The translations under genes were made by a program, and so were the position numbers. The notes beneath the pieces were generated by a model. It ran no database searches, had not been told where the DNA came from, and was given only the letters and a program-made list of their open reading frames with translations. Shown piece after piece: positions 21,989 to 31,488 of a stretch of DNA of 38,906 nucleotides (within the stretch, counting starts at the first letter, position 1; every line of letters begins with the position of its first letter). The DNA comes from Basidiobolus meristosporus CBS 931.73 (Eukaryota > Fungi > Basidiobolomycota). The DNA lies in assembly GCA_002104905.1 (NCBI GenBank), contig MCFE01000759.1, positions 1-38,906 of the forward strand. Reading direction: 5' to 3'.

Positions 21989-24900
21989 TGTTACGCTTGT
22001 AGAGGGAAATCCTGGTTAAGCAGTATATCTCTTGGGATTCCGGAGAGGGTAGAGTTGATCCAGGTTGCAAGGAAGAAGATACTTTATTTGTGTACAAGTC
22101 TGTCTGCAATTGTTATTCATAGTGTGCTTTTTATACTGTGTGTGCTAAATTAGGTTTCAGTGATAAATTGGTGATAAATTGGTGCTAGATAGGGTTTTGG
22201 TTCGAGTAACTCTATTTGGGTGTAGATTGGCGTGATTGCCCTTATATCTGTACAGATGATTGTCTTTTGGCGGAGTACCTACCACTTATCCTACAGGTAT
22301 ACTTTTCCCTGTAACAAATGGTGGGCTCCAGGAGATTGACTCCTGTCAATTGTGGACTTACTCATGCCATGTGCGTGCTGAGTTACCAGATTCATTAACC
22401 TCTGGGACTAGTATCCGGATGTCATGTGCTGGGCATAGATGATCAATGTTTGCAATGTAGGTTGTCCCTTCCCAACCAATTTGTTTGATCATGTATGCAT
22501 CATTTGGAAGGCAGTGTTTTATCTTCCATGGGCCATTCCAACGGCATGCAAACTTGTGGGGTCATTGATTTGGTACTATAAAGCGTAAGACTTGATCTCC
22601 TACCTTGAATGTGAATTTTATTGCAACCTTGCATTGCAACTGGCTCCTTTGGTCACCACTTTGTTGTGCTCTATATGCCGCTTCTTGTCTTGCTGTAGCT
22701 AGCAAGTGGTCAATAGCCTGCATTCTTTGCTGTAGGTCTGTTTCCCAGTCTTGTCCCGGGGTTGCTACCCAGTTTGCTGGTGTGTTTAACTCATAGCCAT
22801 ACAATAGGTAGCTTGGTGTGCAACCTGTTTCTTCATTCTTCATTGTATGGCAAATGAACAATGCTTTCTGCAAGTGCTTGTCCCATTCCTGTGAGTGGTT
22901 GCCAATTTTTCCTATTATTTTCTTCAGGTTTTGATTTAAGCGTTCTACCTGTCCATTGCTTTGTGGTTGATATGGTGTGCTGTGACATTCCCAAATGTTT
23001 AGTGTGGTAAGCACAGCTTTGAAAGCATTGTTCACAAAATGGCTGCCGTTATCACTGAACACCTGCTTTGGACATCCATATAGTGGCACAATCTTGTTTA
23101 GAAAGAAGTCAACTACCACTGCTGCATTTGCATCTTGGCAAGCTTGGCCATTGGCCATCTGGTGGCATAATCTATACCTGTGAGAATATAGCAATTTTCT
23201 CTGCCGGTTTGTTCTAGAGGCCCCACAAAGTCTAGTCCCAGGATATCAAATGGGTTTGTAGCCATCACTATGGGTTTTACTGGGATTGCCTTGGCTGGTT
23301 GGTTTTGGACTTGTTGACATTCCCCACAGTTGGCCACCGCCCATCGGACTATCTCATATAGCTGTGGAGCTGAGTACCTTTTGCGTACTATTTCCCATGT
23401 ATGTTCCACTCCAAAGTGCTGTTGTTTGTGTATTTCTTGCACCTCTACCTTGCCTTGGCCTTGAGGTAAAACTTCTTGACCTGGGTGTTTTCTCAAGAAT
23501 AGCCAGTTCTCTTGGTATATGAACTTCCTGGCGTATTTCCTGATCCTTCTTTGGATTTCTGCAGTGTGACCTTTGGGTATATTCCCTTTGCCAAGTATTG
23601 TAGTGTAGCATAGTAATATTCCAGTGATAAACCTTGAATATTTCTAATCGGCGTTCTTGCGCTGTCTTGTCCTGGCCCTCTATTATCAGTATTCTTGAAA
23701 GTGCATCGGAGGGGTTTTGTTTGCCTTGTCAATATTGGATACTGAAATCATAATCCATCAAGTACATTGACCACCTAGCAATCCGGCCCACTAGGTTGGG
23801 CTGATTGAAGATCAATATAAGGGCTTGGTGGTCAGTAAAAAGGTAAAATGGTGTCCATATAGATAGTGTTGGAAATGTTTTATGGCCCATACTACCGCTA
23901 GTCCTTCAAGGCATGTACTAGAGTAATTTTGTTCCGCTCCTTGTAATTGCTTGCTAGCATAATATATAACCTGTTCCTTCCGTCCAATGATTTCTGCAAT
24001 AGGATTGCCCCTAGTCCTTGTTTTGAGGCGTCAGTTGTGAGAATGAAAGGTGTCTTGAAGTCTGGATAGGCCAAAAATGATGCATGAGTTATCTTGTCCT
24101 TCAGGGTGTCAATGCTTCTTGCTGGCTAATGTCCCAGACAAAAGATTTTGTTTTCTTAATCATAGATGTCTGTGGGTACGCAATTGCAGCAAACTGCTTA
24201 ATGTACTTCCTGTAATACCCACAGAATTAACAAAGGATAGGATTTTGTCTTTTCCTCTAGGGGGATGCATGTTCCTAATTGCTGTCACTTTTGCTTCATC
24301 TACCTCAATTCCCTCTTTTGAAATCACATGTCCCAAATACTTCAGCTGTTTCTTTGCAAAGGAACATTTTTTGATTGCAATTTGATTCCTGAGCTCTGTA
24401 GTTTGCTCAGGCTATCCAAAGGTCTTTCAGATGTTGCTCTAATGTTGGGGAGAATACTAGAACATTGTCAATAAATATCAGCACCAATTTCCATAACTCC
24501 TCCCAAAATATTGTGTTCATGGCCATTGGAAGGTAGCCGGGGCATTCATGAGCCAACGGCATGACTTTGTACTCAAAGTACCCTATTTGGTTATGAAAGC
24601 AGTTTTCTCAATTGATGACGGTTCCATCTTGATCTGCCAGTAGCTGGAAGTTCCATCCAATGTGCTGAAATATTGGGCATCTTGGAGGGTATCCAGGAGC
24701 TCATGCACATAGGGAAGTGGGTAAGCATCTTGTTTTGTGATTGAGTTGAGATGTTGGTGATCAACACAGAATTGCTTTGACCCATCTTTTTGTTTACAAT
24801 CATTACTGGAGAGGTCCAAGCAAATATGATGGCTGGATTACTTGCTGACTCAGCATGGCTTCTAATTCTGTCCGTATAATTTTGTTTTCTTTAGGGGAGA

Positions 24901-27090
24901 CACGGTAATAGTTGGATCGTATAGGTCCTTTGCTCCCTGTATCAATGGTGTAGGTGATTCCTTTTATCTGCCCTAGACGCTTCTGTTCTGATGAGAATAC
25001 ATCTGTATATAGAGCCAAAAGGCTATCCAACCCTTCTGGCTGTACTTCCCTTGAACCTTCACTGGACTCAATGGCCAGTGTAGTGGGGTCCAATGTTAAG
25101 AGTGCCACCCTAAGATCCCCATCTTTGTGGTCAAAGAGTTTGTGTGATACATGTATGTTTGTTGTTAGCCGTCCATTGAGGGTGGGGACGGATAACTCAT
25201 TATTGTCAAAGTCTAACCATAGCTTGTGATAGCATATCCAATCCATTCCCAAAATCAGCGGATATGTGTCCTCCTTAGTAATCATTGCTTTGGCTACCAG
25301 GTTATACCGGCATATATTAACTGGCAGTGAAGATATCATTCCTTGTGTTGCTATGGGCTGTCCCCCAAAAGCAATTACTTGCACTGTGGTACCACTTTCT
25401 GGCTTCAATCCCAGTTGTCCTGATAGTTTTTGGGATATCACACTACACATGGCACCAGTGTCTATAATAGCCTCTAAGGTACATCCATTGACTTCAACAT
25501 TGGCTCTAGCATATGTGTAGCCATTCTGTTTACTGCTCTTTGATAAGGTCTGGATTGTTGGGTCTGCAGATTTGCTTGCTTTGGCTACCATGGTAGGGCT
25601 ATTTGCCCAATGAGAGAGCTCCCAGCATAGTTTTGGAGAGTATTGTAACAGATCAGATATTGACAGGCTGATTACTTGCCAACCTATCTTCTCCACAAGG
25701 GGGTTTGAATTATTGTTTTCAGGCACTTCCTCATGGTCAGTCATGTTCCCCATACCCCTGGCTTGCTTCTTTTGCCCCCTCTGGGAGGGGTCTGGCCATT
25801 CCCGTTTTTCAGCAAGGTTTACTGGAATCCCTTCTGGTGATAATGTTTCCTTGCTGTACTCTAGTACATTAATTTTTGGTGGAGTCAGCTCCACAGGTGA
25901 TGGACTTGGAAGCTGAGAAAGGGGAGTCCGGCAAAATTGGGCAATATGCCCTGGTTGGTTGCATCAATAACAGGTACAGGGTGTGGTGCTTCCCAAGGGT
26001 CTTCCACTGTCCTCCTGGGTTTTCTGCAATCGGTCCAAGACATTCATGCACAGTTTCTCAAACTGAGTGGTTAAAGTGTCCATTGGATTGTCAGGGCATT
26101 TGGGTGTGGCAGTTTCCTCCCTTTCCTTATTCTTGTTAAGGCTTCCCTGGATTACTTCATCTTGGAGTACACTGTCATTCTCTGAACCCAATTGTTCCTC
26201 CTCTTCTGCATAGTCTATAACTTCATCTAGTGTAGCTGGTTTTTGTCGTTTTACATCTCTTCGGATAGATGGTTGCAGGGATTCCACCAATATCCATATT
26301 TTCTCCTTCTCAGTCATATCTCCAATGCGGGTTATCAAACGGCACACTTGGGTAGTGATAGCTGCTACTGTCTCATCCTTTCTTTGTCGTATTTGGTACA
26401 ATTCATGTTTCCAAATGTCCCTCCGATCTTCCGTCACAAATTTTTCATTGAATCGCTGCTTGAACTGTTCCCACAAAGTGAAACCTGTCCGGTGACGATC
26501 ATACCATAGGGCAGCATTGTCCTTGAGAAAAGGAGCCACAATCCGAGGAAGTGCTGCTTCTGGCCATTCATTAGCCAGTTGGCACATCTCCACCTCTCGA
26601 ATCCAATCTACTGGATCTTCTGAGGGTTGGCCATGAAACTTTCCGATGGTCACCAGTCGCCGTTCATAGGTGCGGGATTCACTCATATCACTCTGAAATG
26701 AGATTTGTACCCAGCTGTGCTTCTCCAATAGTCAATCTTCTCCCTGGTATGCTCGCCAAAGTTGTTACGCTCGTAGAGGGAAATCCCGGTTAAGCAGTAT
26801 ATCTCTTGGGATTCCGGAGAGGGTAGAGTTGAACCAGGTTGCAAGGAAGAAGATACTTTATTTGTGTACAAGTCTGTCTGCAATCGTTATTCATAGTGTG
26901 CTTTTTATACTGTGTGTGCTAAATTAGGTTTCAGTGATAAATTGGTGATAAATTGGTGCTAGATAGGGTTTTGGTCCGAGTAACTCTATTTGGGTGTAGA
27001 TCGGCGTGATTGCCCTTATATCCGTACAGATGGTTGTCTTTTGGCGGAGTACCGACCACTTATCCTACAGGTATACTTTTCCCTGTAACA
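21989..27090 (-). mobile_element. Full-length but degenerate Ty3/gypsy element (family B), 10 bp upstream of tRNA copy 7
   Basis: 328-bp LTRs at 21989-22316 and 26763-27090 (9 differences); PBS TGGCGAGCATACCAGGGA; gag 25964-26728, PR IDTGA, RT, RNase H, IN HHCC and DDE pieces; many frameshifts. Confidence 0.93.
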
Positions 27091-27100
27091 AAATATAGAT

Positions 27101-27171
27101 GCGCCGTTAGTACAGTGGTAGAATTGAAGCTTCCCAAGCTTTAGCCCCGGGTTCGATTCCCGGACGGCGCA
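27101..27171 (+). tRNA. tRNA-Gly(CCC), copy 7 (intact)
   Basis: Identical to copy 1. Confidence 0.96.
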
Positions 27172-27737
27172 ATGATCTTTTGCTCCCGTTTACGGGCACT
27201 CCGAAAATGAATACCGTACAACCAAGAGTATATCATGTCCATCAAAACACAACATTTGGAGAAACTGTAAAATCACCAGTGGATCAAAGCCTAGTTGGGT
27301 GATCTCAGCATTGACCCGTTTGTGCTCAAAATACACCAACTTCATTTTTCTTGTCAATTACATAGCTCCTTCAAGATTCGGAATGATTTCTGCTATTATT
27401 GTGGGTTTCCGCAATGTTTCCTAGTTTTAGGGCTCTGATGGAACTTGTGCTCAGTTGATCCTTAAGTTTACCGGAATACCAAGGCCACTCCGCTCTTTAA
27501 CTTACTACTCTATTACTAACATACACATTTCGACCTATTATTTCAATTGGTCCAGTGTGTTTTCGGAAGATTGATGATTCATAAATTTAAATCTCTTCAC
27601 TTTGATGGTACGGAAAACCGGCGTTGAAATGGTACAAGTGCATGGATTCCCTTCTACTGGAAATTCTAAAGTTGCTCCAAAATTTGGGAGGTAGTGTGAC
27701 GGTTTGAGGAATGCCATTGATTAAATGAAAAAGGTGA
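27172..27737. repeat. 566-bp spacer between convergent tRNAs; reverse complement of 13608-14173
   Basis: Direct visual alignment. Confidence 0.9.
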
Positions 27738-27808
27738 TGCGCCGTCCGGGAATCGAACCCGGGGCTAAAGCTTGGGAAGCTTCAATTCTACCACTGTACT
27801 AACGGCGC
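27738..27808 (-). tRNA. tRNA-Gly(CCC), copy 8 (intact)
   Basis: Identical to copy 1 (reverse complement); TTTTT downstream. Confidence 0.96.
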
Positions 27809-27819
27809 CTATGTATTTG

Positions 27820-30212
27820 TGTTGCAAAATTGTTTATTGACGTCAAGTTAGGTGTTCCAAAATTTTCAAGAGTCAAGAGGGTTGTTCTGGGTTTCTGGGC
27901 ATCTGTCCTAACGGTACCTTGAGTTGGTTAATAAATACTGTGTTACTTGGCTGAGGCTTGATCCTAATCTGGCTTGCATGCTAAGCCCTTAATGGGCGAT
28001 ATTGTAACATACCCCCAATCTTGAGAGGATTCTACTTCGTAAGAATCATCCGCAGGATACCAGAACTTGGAGGGCAACGGTTGGTTCTGGTCTAAGCGCG
28101 CTATCTTGAGTTGTTCCTGGTGAACAAGGTCTTTCTTAACTGCTCCTTGTGGAGAGGCCAGCTGAAAAGTATGAAAGGGTCGAGCCTCTTTGATGATGTA
28201 AGGTCCTGTCCAAAGTGGGTCGAATTTCTTGCGCTTGTTGTTCTTTAGTAGTACCCATATTCCTGCTTTGAGTTGTGCATTGTTGACTTTTTCTTCTTGT
28301 CGTTTCTTCATGTTTGTTGCTTGATTTACAAGGTTTCTTGTGGCGTCGAACCTTGCGTGTCCCAATGCATCCAGTTCGCGTCTTCGAAATTCCTCGTAAT
28401 CTTCGTTATTGTCTAGCTTCCATAGGTTGGGTGGTAACGAGTCTCCCGGGATCTTTGGCTCTACTCCGTAGACTAAGTAGAAGGGCGACTTGCCTGTGGC
28501 ATAGTGATTTCGAATTCTGCAGGCAAATAGAGCTTGGTGGATGAACTCGTCCCATTTGTGCGTGGCGCCTTGCACGTATGTGGTTAGTATTTTTCCAAAT
28601 AAGCCGTTAAAACGCTCGTTAGCTCCATTGGTTCTAGGGTGGTATGCGGATGTCTTGAGATGCTTAACTTTCATTTTTTCCAGATAGGAGTTCAGTACTC
28701 TGTCCATGAAATTTGTCCCTCGGTCTGTCAATATTTCTACGGGGCACCCAAATTGCATGAAGATTTCGGTGTAAATAAAGTTGGCTACGGTTGTTGCATA
28801 GGCATTGGGGAGAGCCTTTGCAATACACCATTTGGTGGTGTGTTCGATTGCCGTAAGGATCCATCTGTTTCCTCTTTGTGTTGTGGGTAATTCACCAATA
28901 AAATCGAGGCTCCAACGCGTAAAAGCTGGGACGGGGTTGAGAGGATGTAACGGTGTTACAACTTTGTTCGACGGTTTGGCGAGTTGGCATTGCTGACATG
29001 TTTGAATCGCTTGTGCAATGTCTTTTCGCATTTGTGGCCACCAAGCTCGTCGTTTGATAATGTCATAAGTTCCCTGTGAGCCTAGGTGGCCAAATCCGTT
29101 GTGCATCTTATTGATAGTATCGGCTCGAAATACATGCGGAAGGTATGGTACGGGACCGATGTTTTCTAGATGTCGATACAGTACTTCATCTTCTCCAAAC
29201 GAGAACTTGTGGGCTTTGCTTTTTAGGATATCTTGTATCTCCGTAGGTAGGTCAGCTGGGATGGTACCGGACGACAGGTATTCTGGTAGGTAACTGGGCC
29301 AATCGTGCCGTTGGTCAAGGGTGTTAATAGGTTGCAGGTTGTGGTGTCGTGATAAGGCATCTGCTGTTGTCATGGCTTCAATGAGGGTTTTGGGGTCCCG
29401 GTATTCTACTTCGTGTCGCGTCTGAGGTCGGAGTCCTTGGAGGTAGTATTCTTTCTGCTCGGCGTCTGGCATGTCGGGAATTTCGAGCATTAGCAGACTG
29501 AATTGTTGGTTGTATTCTGTTACTGATTTTGTTTGGTTTAATTTGTACAACTTGTCACGGGCGTTCCGTACGGAGTTGACAGGTATGAATTGTTTACGTA
29601 AGGCCGTGGTGAATTCGTCCCAGGTATTGATACTTGGGAGTATTCTACGACTAATTCCTTGGTTTTGGAGTTTCCACCATAGTGTTGCTTCTTTTCGAAA
29701 AAAGGAGGTTGCGTACTGAATTTTGAATAAGTCAGGGTCATTTGAAAAGGCCAGATATTGCTCCATCTCAAAGATCCAAGTTTCGAGTGTCATGGCTTGC
29801 TTTGTTCCATCAAAAGTGTTTGGTTTTGCTAATTTCAAGGTGTTTCCTACAACTGGTCTGTTCACTGGTTGTGTACTAGATGTAGATAGTCGGAATAATT
29901 GTTTTTCCATCTGATCAATGTATGCTTCCATATCTTCGACCGATTCAAATTTGGGGCGGGACATGTCTGTTGTGCTAATTTCAAGGCTTGGGAGGTGTCA
30001 AGAAGGTAATGTTTGTCGCTGCTACCAGTATGTTACGGAATTGTTTATTGAGGTCAAGTCAGGTGTTCCGGGATTCTCAAGAGTCAAGAGGGTTGTTCTG
30101 GGCCCCTGTCCTAACGGTACCTTGAGTTGGTTAATAAATACTGTGTTACTTGGCTGAGGCTTGATCCTAATCTGGCTTGCATGCTAAGCCCTTAATGGGC
30201 GATATTGTAACA
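27820..30212 (-). mobile_element. 2.4-kb RT-less Gag-integrase LTR element (family G), 11 bp upstream of tRNA copy 8
   Basis: LTRs at 27820-28009 and 30031-30212; PBS TGGTAGCAGCG (30017-30027, initiator-Met type); weak PPT; flanks TTTG/ATTG. Confidence 0.92.
27964..29964 (-). CDS. 666-aa Gag-integrase fusion
   Basis: Open ORF: retrotransposon gag aa 1-~200, ADALSR at aa 201-206, HHCC (HNGFGH...CQQC), DDE (SLDF, LTDRG, NERFN), WTGPY; no PR, RT or RNase H motifs. Confidence 0.9.
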   Translation of the reverse strand: MSRPKFESVEDMEAYIDQMEKQLFRLSTSSTQPVNRPVVGNTLKLAKPNTFDGTKQAMTLETWIFEMEQYLAFSNDPDLFKIQYATSFFRKEATLWWKLQNQGISRRILPSINTWDEFTTALRKQFIPVNSVRNARDKLYKLNQTKSVTEYNQQFSLLMLEIPDMPDAEQKEYYLQGLRPQTRHEVEYRDPKTLIEAMTTADALSRHHNLQPINTLDQRHDWPSYLPEYLSSGTIPADLPTEIQDILKSKAHKFSFGEDEVLYRHLENIGPVPYLPHVFRADTINKMHNGFGHLGSQGTYDIIKRRAWWPQMRKDIAQAIQTCQQCQLAKPSNKVVTPLHPLNPVPAFTRWSLDFIGELPTTQRGNRWILTAIEHTTKWCIAKALPNAYATTVANFIYTEIFMQFGCPVEILTDRGTNFMDRVLNSYLEKMKVKHLKTSAYHPRTNGANERFNGLFGKILTTYVQGATHKWDEFIHQALFACRIRNHYATGKSPFYLVYGVEPKIPGDSLPPNLWKLDNNEDYEEFRRRELDALGHARFDATRNLVNQATNMKKRQEEKVNNAQLKAGIWVLLKNNKRKKFDPLWTGPYIIKEARPFHTFQLASPQGAVKKDLVHQEQLKIARLDQNQPLPSKFWYPADDSYEVESSQDWGYVTISPIKGLACKPD

Positions 30213-30214
30213 AT

Positions 30215-30496
30215 TGCCACCGAGTAAAGAGTCACTCGATGTTAAGTGACATCAAGACGACTCAGTAGCCTGGAAAAAGTAAAAGAGACAAATCACCAGA
30301 CTCACAATAAGGTGTAAATAACAATCAAATAAAGTTCAAGTTTGGTTAGAAGTAGGAAGAGCGGTAGAAACGATTATTACTTTGAATATATTTCTATAAG
30401 TCACCATCCTAACCTTTTAAGAGATATTCTCACACTTCCCCAATCTACGAGATAACATACACGTTATATATTTCCGTACTCTTCGAGTGCGTAACA
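30215..30496 (+). mobile_element. Solo LTR, family A (diverged)
   Basis: GAGTAAAGAGTCACTCGATGTTAAGTGAC start shared with 2039; ends GTAACA. Confidence 0.85.
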
Positions 30497-30499
30497 ATA

Positions 30500-30900
30500 C
30501 CTTGTTGTGGTTAGATCCTTCAAGGCTACAAAGGGGAGAAGATCAAGCGTAACCACTTGAATCGTCAAATAAGAACTGCTTTATTAACTGTGCCTGGCAT
30601 GGTTTATATCATAACCTCTTGTACCTTGTTCTGGGCACTCTGTCCTACATTCCGTGCGATAGTTAATTTTATAGAGACTCGATTCCTGGTAGACCAACTT
30701 TTGTGCTGTACCAACTATTATTGCATGCCATTGTTGTGGTACTAGGGCTTTTCAGCTGTTCAAGCTTCCTGCCATAACAACCAAACCTTCTTTTGGAATC
30801 TTCTTGTATCAATCCCATTGAAATTTATTATACCTTTCATGTCTATTCCCAGCTAGCACTGCCGGGATACTTGCCTTTCGACTACTGCCTTCAGTTTAGG
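30500..30900 (-). pseudogene. Possible very old integrase N-terminal remnant
   Basis: Broken frames give HHCC-like spacing and YLTIQVVTLD, resembling PFDILGLD. Confidence 0.3.
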
Positions 30901-31488
30901 TCTGCTTTCAATTTATGCTTAAAGTATATTTCAGCATTTCTTGTTTTGCCATTTGTATTTGTGCCTTGTTCCGTAAGCGTTTTGCCGATTCGCATCAGGT
31001 TTGACGTTTTTCGGGGATGTTGAGCCCTTGGCGCAATACAATTCCGTGCATTAGGTCATGCTTATGACCTAATACTAGGAGTTCACCGATCTTCCATACT
31101 ATTTTATCTTTGTCATCATCTCGAGCACAAAATATCACCTAATATTCCCGACTCCTTCGGCGACCCAGCACGCCTGACTAAATGCTTGTTCTCGAGGTGA
31201 TGGTCGTATTGACATAGCATTCGATTAGTGTCTAATAAAGGAGTCGCCGATTGAGTTGTGCAGCTACTGCTCGCCTTGTATTTCAGATGGCAGAAATCGA
31301 ACAAGCAATTCGCGAGGTAGTGGTACAGTGTAAAGATGAAGATTTATTAGGATGGATATCAGGCATTGACAGGCTACGTCGTGAGTATATATATAATATG
31401 AATGTTCGTCTGCAAGTATACAAGTGATGTATACCCAGGTTGATTGGTTGAGATGCTACAAGAATTACATACTCAGTGGTGAGAGGAA

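Noticed and set aside
335-27808. Recurring identical 71-bp repeats as a CRISPR array or engineered repeat
   Set aside because: They fold as tRNA, lie on both strands at irregular kb-scale spacing, and the context is eukaryotic with no cas genes.
27964-28100. Chromodomain at the end of the Gag-IN ORF
   Set aside because: No aromatic-cage motif is recognisable; the last residues simply run into the LTR.
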